Positions 10,038 to 20,284 of a stretch of DNA of 64,000 bases are shown here, piece after piece. A model generated the notes under the pieces. That model was not told where the DNA came from. It worked only from the letters and a program-made list of their open reading frames with translations, and made no database searches. How positions within the stretch are numbered: position 1 is the first letter of the stretch; the number at the start of each line of letters is the position of its first letter. Source of the DNA: Meyerozyma guilliermondii (lineage: Eukaryota); assembly GCA_051546255.1 (NCBI GenBank), contig CP128816.1:930001-994000 (forward strand), written 5' to 3'. Position numbers and translations under genes: made by a program.

Positions 10038-12875
10038 ATGGCACTTGTTTCTGCCGCTCCCTATCTCGCCCTTCTAGGCGATCTGGACCCCAGTCTCAAG
10101 GCTTATGCTTTGAGTTCCCTCAACGATGTCGTAGACGAACTTTGGGCCGAAATTGCAAACTCCATCACCGAATTGGAAGAGCTCTACGAAGACCCCAATT
10201 TTGAAAAACGGTCGCTCGCCGCCTTGATTATGTCCAAGGTCTACTACAACTTGGGCGACTTCGAGGCGTCGGTGAGATACTCGTTGTGTGCTGGCGACGA
10301 GTTTGACGTTGAAGAACAATCGCAATACATTGAAACCATTGTGTCGCAATGCATCAGTCTCTACAATACTTTGAGTCAGCAAGCGTATAATGACAAATCG
10401 GTCAAGATCGATCCACGGTTGACGACGATTTTCGAAAAGATGTTGGACCGGTGTGTGAGTAATGGAGATTTGAAGCTTGCTTTGGGTGTTTCGTTGGAAA
10501 GCTATCATCTCGACAACGTTGAACGTATTCTCAAACAAGTGAAAAACGACGAAACAGCGTTGAGTCTCATCAACTACGTGGTTATGTGTTCTAATACTGT
10601 GCTTGAAGACTCGTCTTTCAGAACCGACGTGTTGAAATCCATGATCCAACTCCTTTTGGGTTTGAAGACTCACAGAGACTTCTTTTCCATCTTCAAGGTG
10701 ATTGTCCAGTTAGGTGACACCTCGTTGGCTGTCCACTTGTTTGAGCAGCTTCTCGATAGCGACGATGCGTTGACTGCATACCAAGGAGCATTTGACTTGG
10801 TGGGCACTGCTTCCCAGGAACTCCTTGACAATATCCTCGAAAGTCTCGAAAAACTAGACAAATCGAATCATCCTGCCCAATTTGCTCGTTTGACTCATAT
10901 CTTGACTGGAGTGCCGCTGTGCGACTTGGAAATTACCTTCCTTTACAAGAACAACAACACCGATATCTCCATTCTCAACAAGACGAAAAACTCGCTCGAA
11001 GGACGCAGTTCTATATTCCATTCCGCTGTGACATTCGCCAATGCCTTTATGCATTGTGGAACCACTGATGATTCGTTTTTCCGTAAGAATTTGGAATGGT
11101 TGGGTAAGGCTACCAACTGGTCAAAGTTTTCTGCTACCGCTGCCTTGGGTGTCATTCATAAAGGTAACTTGTCCCAAGGACGTAACATCTTGAAGCCATA
11201 CCTCCCTGGTTCCTCCGGATCTCCACATACAAAGGGTGGCTCTCTCTTTGCTCTCGGTTTGATTTTTGCCGGACAGGGTCGTGATGCTATCGATTACTTG
11301 AAACTGTTCTTGGATGAGCATGGTAGTACTGCTGGTAATAATGACAACGATGTTATGCTCCACGGCGCTTGTCTTGGATGTGGTGTGGCTGGCATGGGTT
11401 GCAGAAACGAAAACCTCTTGGAGGCTTTGAAGGTGGTATTGTATTCAGACTCGGCTATTTCAGGACAAGCGGCTGGGTTAGCCATGGGTTTAGTCATGTT
11501 GGGCTCAGGAGACCAAACGATCGCTCGTGATATGTTGACCTACGCTCAAGAAACACAACACGAAAACATCATCAGAGGTTTGGCAATTGGAATTGCCCTC
11601 TTGTTCTACCAGCAGGAACTGAAGGCTTTAACCATAGTCGATGAGTTGATGGCACAAGAGAACCCCATCCTTAGATATGGAGGTGCTTTCACCATCTCAT
11701 TAGCATATGCTGGAACTGGCAACAATGATGCCATCAAGAAGTTGCTTCATTATGCTGTTTCGGATCCTTCAGATGATGTGAGAAGAGCGTCAGTTATGGG
11801 CCTTGGTTTCTTATTGATTCGTGACTATACTGCGACACCTCAAATTGTTGAGTTGTTGTCACAATCCCACAACCCTCATGTCCGTTACGGTGCCGCTATG
11901 GCGTTGGGTATTTCGTGCGCTGGAAGAAGCTTGCCTGCTGCTATTGATATCTTGGAGCCACTCACAAAGGACTCTGTGGATTTTGTCCGGCAAGGAGCTT
12001 TAATGGCCACATCCATGATCTTGATCCAGCAAAACGAAAACTTGTATCCTAAGGTGAAAGAGTTCACTCAGCTTTATGCTGATACTGTCAGAAACAAGCA
12101 CGAAGACGCCTTGGCCAAATTTGGTGCAACGTTATCGCAGGGTATTATCGATGCCGGAGGTCGTAATGTGACGATAAATTTGGAGAACTCGCATGCCAAC
12201 ACCCTCAACACCAGTGCTATCGTTGGTCTTACTGTATTTGCTCAGTCGTGGTACTGGTTCCCATTCGTGCATTTTCTTTCCTTGTCATTTTCTCCTACAT
12301 CTATCATTGGAGTCGTGGAGGACTTGAAGGTGCCCAAGTTTGAGTTAAACTGCCACTCTCGTCCTGAACTCTTCCAATACCCACCCAAGGTTGAAGAGAG
12401 CAAGGAGAAACAACCAGATAAGGTTGCAACCGCGGTGTTAAGTACAACTGCGAAGGCTAAAGCCAGAGCTCGGAAGAACAAGAAGCACGAGGACACGGAA
12501 GACGACAAGATGGAAGTGGATGTTTTAAAGAATGAGGAAAAGGAAACGAGTGGTGATAAAGATGAAGATAAGAAGGGAGAAGAAAAGGAAATCGGCAACG
12601 AGCCACAACCAATTAGATACCTCAAGACACCTTTCAAGATTGAGAATATGAGCAGGGTATTGCCGGCTCAATCCAATTACATTTCTTTTGTGAAGGATGA
12701 TAGGTTTGTTCCCGTCCGCAAATACCGAGGAAATGCTGGGGTGATTGTGTTGCGGGATACCAAGGCGGGAGAGAAATTTGAGGCGATCAAAACGGTCAGG
12801 CAGTTGAATATTACGGAGGCGCCTGTTCCTGAGCCATTTACGTTGAGCGGAGAAGATTTGGAAGACGACGAGTAA
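10038..12875 (+). CDS. RPN2: 26S proteasome regulatory subunit Rpn2
   Basis: MALVSAAPYLALL start, WLGKATNWSKFSATAALGVIHKG, PC repeats, LHYAVSDPSDDVRR, AVLSTTAKAKAR. Confidence 0.97.
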   Translation: MALVSAAPYLALLGDLDPSLKAYALSSLNDVVDELWAEIANSITELEELYEDPNFEKRSLAALIMSKVYYNLGDFEASVRYSLCAGDEFDVEEQSQYIETIVSQCISLYNTLSQQAYNDKSVKIDPRLTTIFEKMLDRCVSNGDLKLALGVSLESYHLDNVERILKQVKNDETALSLINYVVMCSNTVLEDSSFRTDVLKSMIQLLLGLKTHRDFFSIFKVIVQLGDTSLAVHLFEQLLDSDDALTAYQGAFDLVGTASQELLDNILESLEKLDKSNHPAQFARLTHILTGVPLCDLEITFLYKNNNTDISILNKTKNSLEGRSSIFHSAVTFANAFMHCGTTDDSFFRKNLEWLGKATNWSKFSATAALGVIHKGNLSQGRNILKPYLPGSSGSPHTKGGSLFALGLIFAGQGRDAIDYLKLFLDEHGSTAGNNDNDVMLHGACLGCGVAGMGCRNENLLEALKVVLYSDSAISGQAAGLAMGLVMLGSGDQTIARDMLTYAQETQHENIIRGLAIGIALLFYQQELKALTIVDELMAQENPILRYGGAFTISLAYAGTGNNDAIKKLLHYAVSDPSDDVRRASVMGLGFLLIRDYTATPQIVELLSQSHNPHVRYGAAMALGISCAGRSLPAAIDILEPLTKDSVDFVRQGALMATSMILIQQNENLYPKVKEFTQLYADTVRNKHEDALAKFGATLSQGIIDAGGRNVTINLENSHANTLNTSAIVGLTVFAQSWYWFPFVHFLSLSFSPTSIIGVVEDLKVPKFELNCHSRPELFQYPPKVEESKEKQPDKVATAVLSTTAKAKARARKNKKHEDTEDDKMEVDVLKNEEKETSGDKDEDKKGEEKEIGNEPQPIRYLKTPFKIENMSRVLPAQSNYISFVKDDRFVPVRKYRGNAGVIVLRDTKAGEKFEAIKTVRQLNITEAPVPEPFTLSGEDLEDDE

Positions 12876-12918
12876 AGGCTTTATATAAGAATTCACTATA
12901 ATCGATTATAAAAGGTTA

Positions 12919-13851
12919 TCAGATCTGTACCACCGCTGTAACAGGACGATGGTCACTACAATAATGGCCATTGAATTCGTGGTTCTTCACCTCGTGATGG
13001 AGGATGTTAATACCAGGAGTGGTCCAAATGAAATCAATGCTGGTTTCTTGTTCACCTCTCTTGAATCCAGTGATTGTATGTTCTGGGCCCCGTCTTTGCT
13101 GACAATTGCAACTGGTATCTTTGAGTTGAGTCGACAAAGTTTTGTAAGCTTCTTGATGAGGCTGACTATTGAAATCACCCACAAGAATACTAGCACCAGG
13201 ATAGGACTTCATTATGTCGATAATTTGTTTCGACGAGTTCTCACGAGCCAATTTCCCCTTATGGTCATAATGGGTGTTGAGAAAAGTAACCACTTTTCCC
13301 AGTTGTCTGTGTTCAAAAATACACACAGTGACAATTCTTTCCAACGCAGCGTCCCATCCTTTACTGGGTCTATCGGGAGTTTGTCCAAGCCAATAAGTTT
13401 TACCTTGCTTAAGGTTCCAAATTTCAGGCTGATAAATAATGGGTGCAAATTCACCCTTTGATTTCCCGTCCAGTCTACCAACTCCAAAATGGGTCCAATG
13501 TTTCCCAAGCCCATCCATAACATCATTGAGCATGTTTTGCTTCACTTCTTGGAGTCCTACCAAAGTTGGCAAGTTTGAAGAGTTCTCCACAATGGACTGA
13601 ATCACTCCAGCTTTCCGTTGCGACCAAGGAGTTTCACCGTCCATCATATTATTATTCTCTTGTCTGATATTGTGACAGTACACTTGTACCTCAAGAGGTG
13701 GTAATTCTTCATTATGGTCCTCTACATTTCCATGCTTAACATCACGAGAATAGTTGGCATGAGAGTTGGTATCATGGTCATGTTTCATGTCCTTAACCTT
13801 ATTCTTCACTGCTCCAAAAAGTTTTCCAGCAATCTGTTGTTCAATTCCCAT
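12919..13851 (-). CDS. Endonuclease/exonuclease/phosphatase (EEP) family protein
   Basis: HNIR, GLQEV, NTHYD, GDFNS, IDFI, SDHRPV motifs. Confidence 0.88.
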   Translation of the reverse strand: MGIEQQIAGKLFGAVKNKVKDMKHDHDTNSHANYSRDVKHGNVEDHNEELPPLEVQVYCHNIRQENNNMMDGETPWSQRKAGVIQSIVENSSNLPTLVGLQEVKQNMLNDVMDGLGKHWTHFGVGRLDGKSKGEFAPIIYQPEIWNLKQGKTYWLGQTPDRPSKGWDAALERIVTVCIFEHRQLGKVVTFLNTHYDHKGKLARENSSKQIIDIMKSYPGASILVGDFNSQPHQEAYKTLSTQLKDTSCNCQQRRGPEHTITGFKRGEQETSIDFIWTTPGINILHHEVKNHEFNGHYCSDHRPVTAVVQI

Positions 13852-14036
13852 TTTCGAGTTTTTATTGGGTTTTTTTTGCAGCTTTATAAGTGGCTTCGCC
13901 CAGATAAATTAGGTTGCTTATCGTGTGACGTTATACTGCCGCAATTTCAGGGTCACGTGCTCGAGGCGATGCAGTCCATTATCTGCCGTCCGTCTCGCGT
14001 CTAGTTATCGGAACTATTTTTGGCCCGTGTACCGCC

Positions 14037-15536
14037 ATGTACCTGAGCATGTCACAAGAACACTTGTTATACGAGCCGAGCCCCGCTGTGTCGGTGCGGA
14101 TTGTTCTGGATGGCTTGGCCATCATGCAAGACCATGCGGCTTTGCTGTACAATAATGAGCCAGATTTCGACAAACTGATCTTTTCATACTGTCGGCCTTA
14201 TGGAGGAAAAAGTGACAAGATTCCGCAAAAAATACGATACGTAGATGTTTTGTGGTGTGAGCATGAACCGGAGGTGGCGTCAAATTGCGTCAACTTGACT
14301 TTTGTACACCAACATACAATTGTTCAGATGCAAGTTCATGTAGATATTGCCGATTTTAGCGATCACGATAATGACATTTCGTCGTATATTTTGTCTCATG
14401 CATACACTAATGGCCTCATGAAACCTTCCATATACGTGCTTCTCAATCCTCATGGTGGTACGGGTCTGGCAAGATCCATTTACGACAAGCATATTGAAAA
14501 GGTTTTAAAGGCTGCAAATGCAGACATAACTTTTGTAGAAACCACCTACCTGGGCCATGCCACCGACTTGATGCGAGAACTTGATGTTAGTAAGTACGAT
14601 ATTATTGTGTGTTGCTCGGGAGATGGTATACCGTTTGAGGTAATCAATGGGTTTTATTCTCGGCCCGACAAAGGAGTTTCTGCATTTAACAAGTTGGCAG
14701 TTACCCAGCTTCCTTGTGGGTCTGGTAATGCCTTGAGTCTTAGCACACATGGGACGGACAATGCTTTTGATGCTACTGTTGCCATGCTAAAGTCGCAGCG
14801 TACGAAACTCGACTTGATGGCTGTTACACAAGGTACAGGCGAAAATGCCACTACAAGGCTTTCGTTCTTGTCACAATGCTATGGAATGATTGCTGATGCA
14901 GATATAGGTACGGAGCACTTGCGGTGGATTGGCTCTATTCGGTTCGAACTTGGGGTACTACAAAAGGTGCTTCTGAGGACCACTTATCCTTGTGAGCTCT
15001 GGATTGACTATGCTACAGATACCAAGCAGCAACTACGTGAGCACTACGATGACCATGTGGGAGTTGTGGCTCCAATCTCAGAAATCCTGTCGCTGGCTTT
15101 GAACTTGAAGTATCCTGGTTTAGACTCACCACCTCCCACCGAATGGGTCAAAGTCGACGACCAAGTTGCATCCACCTTGAACCAAGTCTATGTTGGAAAT
15201 CTCCCGTATGTTTCCAAGGGAGCGCAATTCTTCCCTGCCGCTCTTCCCAATGATCACCTCATGGATCTCATCATGACCACCTCCAAATCATCCATCATAG
15301 ATACGTTTTCCGCCATACTAGCGGTCGAAAAAGGAACTCATGTGCATAATAGCAAGGTATTCCACGCCAAGATTCGGGGATACCGACTCATACCGAAAAT
15401 CAATAGCAAGGGCCATTACATTTCTGTCGATGGTGAGAGCTTTCCATTCGAGCCATATCAAGTCGAAGTCTTTCCAGGTATTCTTACCAGTTTATTGACA
15501 GATTCCAAGTTTGTGGCCACCAGTTATACATCATAG
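14037..15536 (+). CDS. LCB4: Sphingoid long-chain base kinase (LCB4/LCB5 family)
   Basis: LNPHGG, SGDG, PCGSGNA, DIGTEHLRWIG, SVDGE; start could be 14037 or 14049. Confidence 0.9.
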   Translation: MYLSMSQEHLLYEPSPAVSVRIVLDGLAIMQDHAALLYNNEPDFDKLIFSYCRPYGGKSDKIPQKIRYVDVLWCEHEPEVASNCVNLTFVHQHTIVQMQVHVDIADFSDHDNDISSYILSHAYTNGLMKPSIYVLLNPHGGTGLARSIYDKHIEKVLKAANADITFVETTYLGHATDLMRELDVSKYDIIVCCSGDGIPFEVINGFYSRPDKGVSAFNKLAVTQLPCGSGNALSLSTHGTDNAFDATVAMLKSQRTKLDLMAVTQGTGENATTRLSFLSQCYGMIADADIGTEHLRWIGSIRFELGVLQKVLLRTTYPCELWIDYATDTKQQLREHYDDHVGVVAPISEILSLALNLKYPGLDSPPPTEWVKVDDQVASTLNQVYVGNLPYVSKGAQFFPAALPNDHLMDLIMTTSKSSIIDTFSAILAVEKGTHVHNSKVFHAKIRGYRLIPKINSKGHYISVDGESFPFEPYQVEVFPGILTSLLTDSKFVATSYTS

Positions 15537-17452
15537 GACTTTTCTGTCATGAAATTGACAATCCTAGTAACTTGCTGGAGCATAGCGTCGCAATTGGAAT
15601 CGGTGAGCGAAGCTCGTCTGTCGTCCAAATTTCTCAAATAGGCATTAGCCTCTACCAATTGGTGAATGCTGTCCACTATGGGCTTGAACGCTTGCCTAGC
15701 AATGACGGCCGATGGTAAAAATTTGCTCAGATTAAAGTACAGTTGAGCTTCTTCACTGAGCACGGGATATAATGCTGAAATTATATCTTTGATGAAAATC
15801 ACAGTTGCTTGACTGAATGCGTCGCGAGTATCCTCCACCTCCTTGAGTTTTTTGTGGTGCAGATGCTGAAGCTTTTTTATATAATTATGCAAAGCATGGA
15901 GGACAATTGAAGCATGGCTATTGAATGCATTGAGCTTATGGATCTTGTTGTTGAGTTGTACACCAGCACATTCAAGACCCTGACAACGTGCCTGTGTATC
16001 CTGCAATTGAAGCTCGAGCAGAAGAGTTCTGTCTTTGATAGCTTCGGCAGTAGCAGCTTCTCGTAATGAAATATCATCTAGCTCCATCGTAATATCCTTT
16101 TCTAGCTCCATGATCTCACGGATGTAAACCAGGCTCTTGTCTCTCAATTGTAAAAGCTCTTGATCCTTTTCAGTAATTTGTTCTTCTAGTTGCACAATTT
16201 TTTCATCATTTTCAAAGGTTATATTTTCAATTTGTGTTTTCAACTCTGTAATAGTAGTATTCTGCATTATTATCAAATTTTCGCTGTCTTCAATCTTCTT
16301 TGTCAACTTTTGATTCTGATCAAGTTGTAATTTCGTTTTTTCATCAAGTAGCAATTTTGACAGTTTTTGCAAATCTTCATTTTCTTGTAAAATGCTGCAA
16401 TTTTTCGCAGCCAAAATTTCAGCCTCAGCTTTAAGTCGAGTATTTTCAGCCAAAACCCCATCCAAAAGACATGAAAGATTTGAGTTGGTTCTACTTTCGC
16501 TAGGTGTAGAACTAGTCTTATCTGCAAGCTTTTTAGCTATTGATTTTTTCTCTTCTTGAACCCGAATTACCTCAGCATTCAAGGTGGTGACGAAACTTTT
16601 GATCTGTTTGATTTGGCTCTCTAAGTCAAGACTGGTACCTAGAGCAGTCTCAGTACTCTGATTTTGAGTAGTGCAAACTCCCAAAGCCTCAATTTTGATT
16701 ATTTCATTTGCAACTGTCGAAAGCTCTCTCAATTTCTTTTCGATGGATGGTATGCAATCAAAAGACGACTCTTGCTGGTTTTCAAGATTCAACAATCTAT
16801 AAATACCATTAAGAGAGTCATAGGGGAGCAGCTGTTGCTGGAAAGTTACATCAGAATTCTCGATCAGCTCATCTTTGAGAATATTTGAGTAGACCTTTTG
16901 TGCCTCATTTTCATACCGACGATATTCCTTCATTGATTTATAATGAACACGATCAGACAGCAGATTCTTTTCAAAAGAACCAGCTGAATAATTTGAATCG
17001 GATTCCAAAGGAGTTAAAATTTCGAGTTTTTCCGTAGACAGTGAGTCGGTATCCTCCACAAAAGAAGAACATTGCAACACTGGTGGCTCATCCTTGTCAT
17101 CAATTTCGAACCTTACTGACTTGGTCTTCTTCCTCCAAGACAAAGGAGAACGAGAATTGGCTCTTCCTGAAAAGCTTCTACTTTTCTTCAAAGGTTGAGT
17201 TTCAAACGGATTGATGCTATCTTCCGTATATTCAGGACTCAAGCATTCCGAGGATGCAGAAAATCGAAAAGGCGACACTAAGCTGTCTCTTCTGTTGATA
17301 TTGGGTATATTTTTGCTGGAGTAACTTTGACTGCTGTTTTCGTTCAGATCGGTATCGGAAGTATCATTACTTAGACGCTTTCTATGAAATGACAAAGTGG
17401 CATTTGAACTCGAAGGAGGTTTCCAGGACCCATCCCAGAGTTTACGGAGCAT
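15524..17452 (-). CDS. Uncharacterised coiled-coil protein
   Basis: About 642-aa ORF from the first ATG (17452); Ser-rich N-terminus, long E/K/L/Q heptad region; no family recognised. Confidence 0.75.
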   Translation of the reverse strand: MLRKLWDGSWKPPSSSNATLSFHRKRLSNDTSDTDLNENSSQSYSSKNIPNINRRDSLVSPFRFSASSECLSPEYTEDSINPFETQPLKKSRSFSGRANSRSPLSWRKKTKSVRFEIDDKDEPPVLQCSSFVEDTDSLSTEKLEILTPLESDSNYSAGSFEKNLLSDRVHYKSMKEYRRYENEAQKVYSNILKDELIENSDVTFQQQLLPYDSLNGIYRLLNLENQQESSFDCIPSIEKKLRELSTVANEIIKIEALGVCTTQNQSTETALGTSLDLESQIKQIKSFVTTLNAEVIRVQEEKKSIAKKLADKTSSTPSESRTNSNLSCLLDGVLAENTRLKAEAEILAAKNCSILQENEDLQKLSKLLLDEKTKLQLDQNQKLTKKIEDSENLIIMQNTTITELKTQIENITFENDEKIVQLEEQITEKDQELLQLRDKSLVYIREIMELEKDITMELDDISLREAATAEAIKDRTLLLELQLQDTQARCQGLECAGVQLNNKIHKLNAFNSHASIVLHALHNYIKKLQHLHHKKLKEVEDTRDAFSQATVIFIKDIISALYPVLSEEAQLYFNLSKFLPSAVIARQAFKPIVDSIHQLVEANAYLRNLDDRRASLTDSNCDAMLQQVTRIVNFMTEKSYDV

Positions 17453-17571
17453 TATGAAAAATTGAATTTGTGTCAACTATTTTGCAACTAAAAGTGGAGG
17501 TTATGCTATTTGCACCCAAAGGTAAAGTGTGGCAGGACTCAAAGACGGCTGGAGAATTTATATCAAGAAAA

Positions 17572-17645
17572 GGTCGCGTGGTCTAGTTGGTTATGGCATC
17601 TGCTTAACACGCAGAACGTCCCCAGTTCGATCCTGGGCGTGATCA
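17572..17645 (+). tRNA. tRNA-Val (anticodon AAC)
   Basis: GGTCGCG/CGTGATC acceptor stem, TCTGC-TTAACAC-GCAGA anticodon arm, GTTCGATCC B box, downstream T-run. Confidence 0.95.
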
Positions 17646-17838
17646 TTTCTTTTTTTTAAATTTTTTGTGGCCATTTACAATTGAAAATGAGAATCGACGA
17701 GGTTGTCTGTGATTGTGTGATGGTAAAGCTGTGTTAATGGCACGGCGTATACTCACATTGAAAGCAGGTGTCATGGAATAAAGTGTTCCTGGCCTCTTCA
17801 AGGTTTTCCCTCCTGCCGGGCGTTTTTAAGTAAGGAAC

Positions 17839-17909
17839 GCGCAAATGGTTTAGTGGTAAAATCCATCGTTGCCATCGATGGGCCCCCGGTTCGATTCCGG
17901 GTTTGCGCA
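17839..17909 (+). tRNA. tRNA-Gly (anticodon GCC)
   Basis: GCGCAAA/TTTGCGC acceptor stem, CATCG-TTGCCAT-CGATG, GGTTCGATTCC, downstream T-run. Confidence 0.96.
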
Positions 17910-18288
17910 TTTTCTTTTTCATTTTTTTTTTTGCGTTTTGCTCAACAAAACCAACCAGAGATTAACCAACCAGAGATTCAATGCAATGACGAACAAGACT
18001 TCAGGCCGACAAATTCCTACAAATACGCTCATACGCTACATAGTGTCAATTGAGCACTAATAATACCTGGATGTTAGTTTATGTTATAAATGGAGATGTG
18101 AAAACGTCATATAGGTGTTAGTTGATTTCATATAAGACCCGAAGACATTGGAATGGGCCAGATCATGACGATAACGCATTTATATTTAATCATTGTTTTC
18201 TTCATCGCACTTACATTTAAATGAAAAGAAAGTAATGAGAAATTTCACTGCGAAAGCGAAAAGTAGCAGCGGGATGCAATGTACGCAG

Positions 18289-19992
18289 CTAATGTGCAGA
18301 CACTTTTTTTTGCCATGTTCTGATCTCTCTGCACCAATCTAGGAGTGATACTCTGGTGGTGGTCATTTCAGTCTCGGTAGCCTCTTTGTCTTTCTCTTCC
18401 GTATCTATTTTCACATTATCTGGTGCAGTTTCGGCTCGCTGCTCGAAGTATATTTGGTCTTTCTGAGACATTAAAGCTTTGGCTCGGCCAGGAATGGCGC
18501 TGATTAGACATTGTAGCCATTCTGTGACGTGGGAAGCTCCATAGTACGTGGATGTAGCAGTGGAACCTAATAGTAATTCTTTCGCAAAAACATGGCGTCC
18601 TTCTTCATCAACATTTCTGGCTTCAGACCCACTAGAACCAAAATTGAGGGCTCCAAGTGCATTGATATTATTCAAAATATCTGAATGATGTACCTGAGAA
18701 GGAAAGGGAGCAGTTGCGGTATTTTCCACCTCGATAATTTTGTCGAAATAGTCCATACTTATACCTGATACTCTGCCTTGATTGCTTAGATGGATCACCA
18801 AATGCTCTAGTTCGTCCTGCGATATGTGTAGCATGTCCAAAATGTATTGGAACCGGATAGATTTGTACGATTTGAGAAGGTTGATGAGAATTTTCGACCT
18901 TAAGTTGTGCTTGATCAGTTGCGTAGCCCGATGGAAAATATCATCATTCCCGAGAAATTCATCATCCTTTTCAATCTTTGCTACAGCTCGATCAAAGCCG
19001 TCAAGATTGAGTTCGTCGTACTGTTTGATCATGAAGATCAAATCTGAATAATCTGGCAATTGCGCATACGACTGAGTCTCTTGTGACTCAAAAGGATTAA
19101 CCTCATTTTCTGCTATCAAAGAACACAAAGTCAAGTACTTGAGTAGTCTTTTCTTATGGATGGACCCTGCTTCGTCGTAGCTCTTGAAAGAATCGTAGAA
19201 TTCTAATCGAGCCTTTTCAAAGTTGCGAAGATAAAAGTATACTTTACCTCCACATTCTCTTATTATCCCAATTATCCGAGGGTGTGTAAGGGCAGTGGAT
19301 GCATTCAAGCTATCGCGGTACAAATCTTGAAGAATGGAAAGGTTTTCAAGAACCAGAAGCAGCGAGTAGTACTCGATTTCAAGTGCCAAGCACTCGATGC
19401 TGAAAGCATTTTGCACATTTTCCGAAGATTCTTCGAGCTGCAGTTTGATTTCTTTTATCAATTCGTAGGCAGCGCCTAATTGGCGTTCTTCAAGGAGCAA
19501 AGCAGCTTTACTTATGTGGATCTTGAGCCATATTCGCGATGCGCCAGGCGAGTCTTCATTGTAAATGTAAGTCAAAATTATATCGTACAATTTCTTGACA
19601 AACTCACCGTCCAGCGAGACACTGTAGTGGTTCAAAAGTCGTCCAATTGACTCCTCAACATAAGCAGAACCAACCTTAGGAGCCAAGTTTGTAAGACGTT
19701 GTACCCACAGAAGTACCTTATCCAACAGGCCATTTTTATAGTATAATTTTATCAATTGCTTGCACGCTCGGAAACACCAAGTGAGATCTTCCTGCGACGT
19801 AGCTTCATAGTTTACAATAGCTTCAAACTCTTTTATTGCAGTCGACGTGGAGTCGTCTTTAAGACCCTTGGCGTAATAATATTTGTTTTCCAAGTCGGAA
19901 TCAGGAACCTGTTCCTCGGTCATTTCTTCATTCTCATCCTCGAACTCAAATTCATAGGATTCCTCTGAAGAATATTCTTCGGAATCAGACAT
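18289..19992 (-). CDS. COP9 signalosome subunit 2-like PCI protein (CSN2/Rri2)
   Basis: Acidic N-terminus, LENKYYYAKGLK, W.FRACKQLIKL, HPRIIGIIRECGGK, FYDSFKSYDEAG, NPFESQE, PCI domain. Confidence 0.88.
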   Translation of the reverse strand: MSDSEEYSSEESYEFEFEDENEEMTEEQVPDSDLENKYYYAKGLKDDSTSTAIKEFEAIVNYEATSQEDLTWCFRACKQLIKLYYKNGLLDKVLLWVQRLTNLAPKVGSAYVEESIGRLLNHYSVSLDGEFVKKLYDIILTYIYNEDSPGASRIWLKIHISKAALLLEERQLGAAYELIKEIKLQLEESSENVQNAFSIECLALEIEYYSLLLVLENLSILQDLYRDSLNASTALTHPRIIGIIRECGGKVYFYLRNFEKARLEFYDSFKSYDEAGSIHKKRLLKYLTLCSLIAENEVNPFESQETQSYAQLPDYSDLIFMIKQYDELNLDGFDRAVAKIEKDDEFLGNDDIFHRATQLIKHNLRSKILINLLKSYKSIRFQYILDMLHISQDELEHLVIHLSNQGRVSGISMDYFDKIIEVENTATAPFPSQVHHSDILNNINALGALNFGSSGSEARNVDEEGRHVFAKELLLGSTATSTYYGASHVTEWLQCLISAIPGRAKALMSQKDQIYFEQRAETAPDNVKIDTEEKDKEATETEMTTTRVSLLDWCREIRTWQKKVSAH

Positions 19993-20084
19993 GATGGTAG
20001 TAAGATAAAGACCAAAAGTGAGAATGAAATCAGAAAATGAAAGCGAGCGTGATAAAGGGACTGGAGACTAAATACCCTGTATAT

Positions 20085-20156
20085 GCTCGTGTGGCGCAGT
20101 GGTAGCGCAGCAGATTGCAAATCTGTTGGTCCTTAGTTCGAACCTGAGCGCGAGCT
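20085..20156 (+). tRNA. tRNA-Cys (anticodon GCA)
   Basis: GCTCGTG/CGCGAGC stem, CAGA-TTGCAAA-TCTG, GTTCGAACC, downstream T-run. Confidence 0.96.
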
Positions 20157-20284
20157 TTTTTTTTTGAAGCCGAAGAAGAGACCACTGAAAGTAATATGAA
20201 TCAATGGAAACTATTATGAAGCAACTGAAACAAGTAAGCTACTGCGACTTCTGTCTCCCTGATCGACTTATGTGACTTCTCTAC

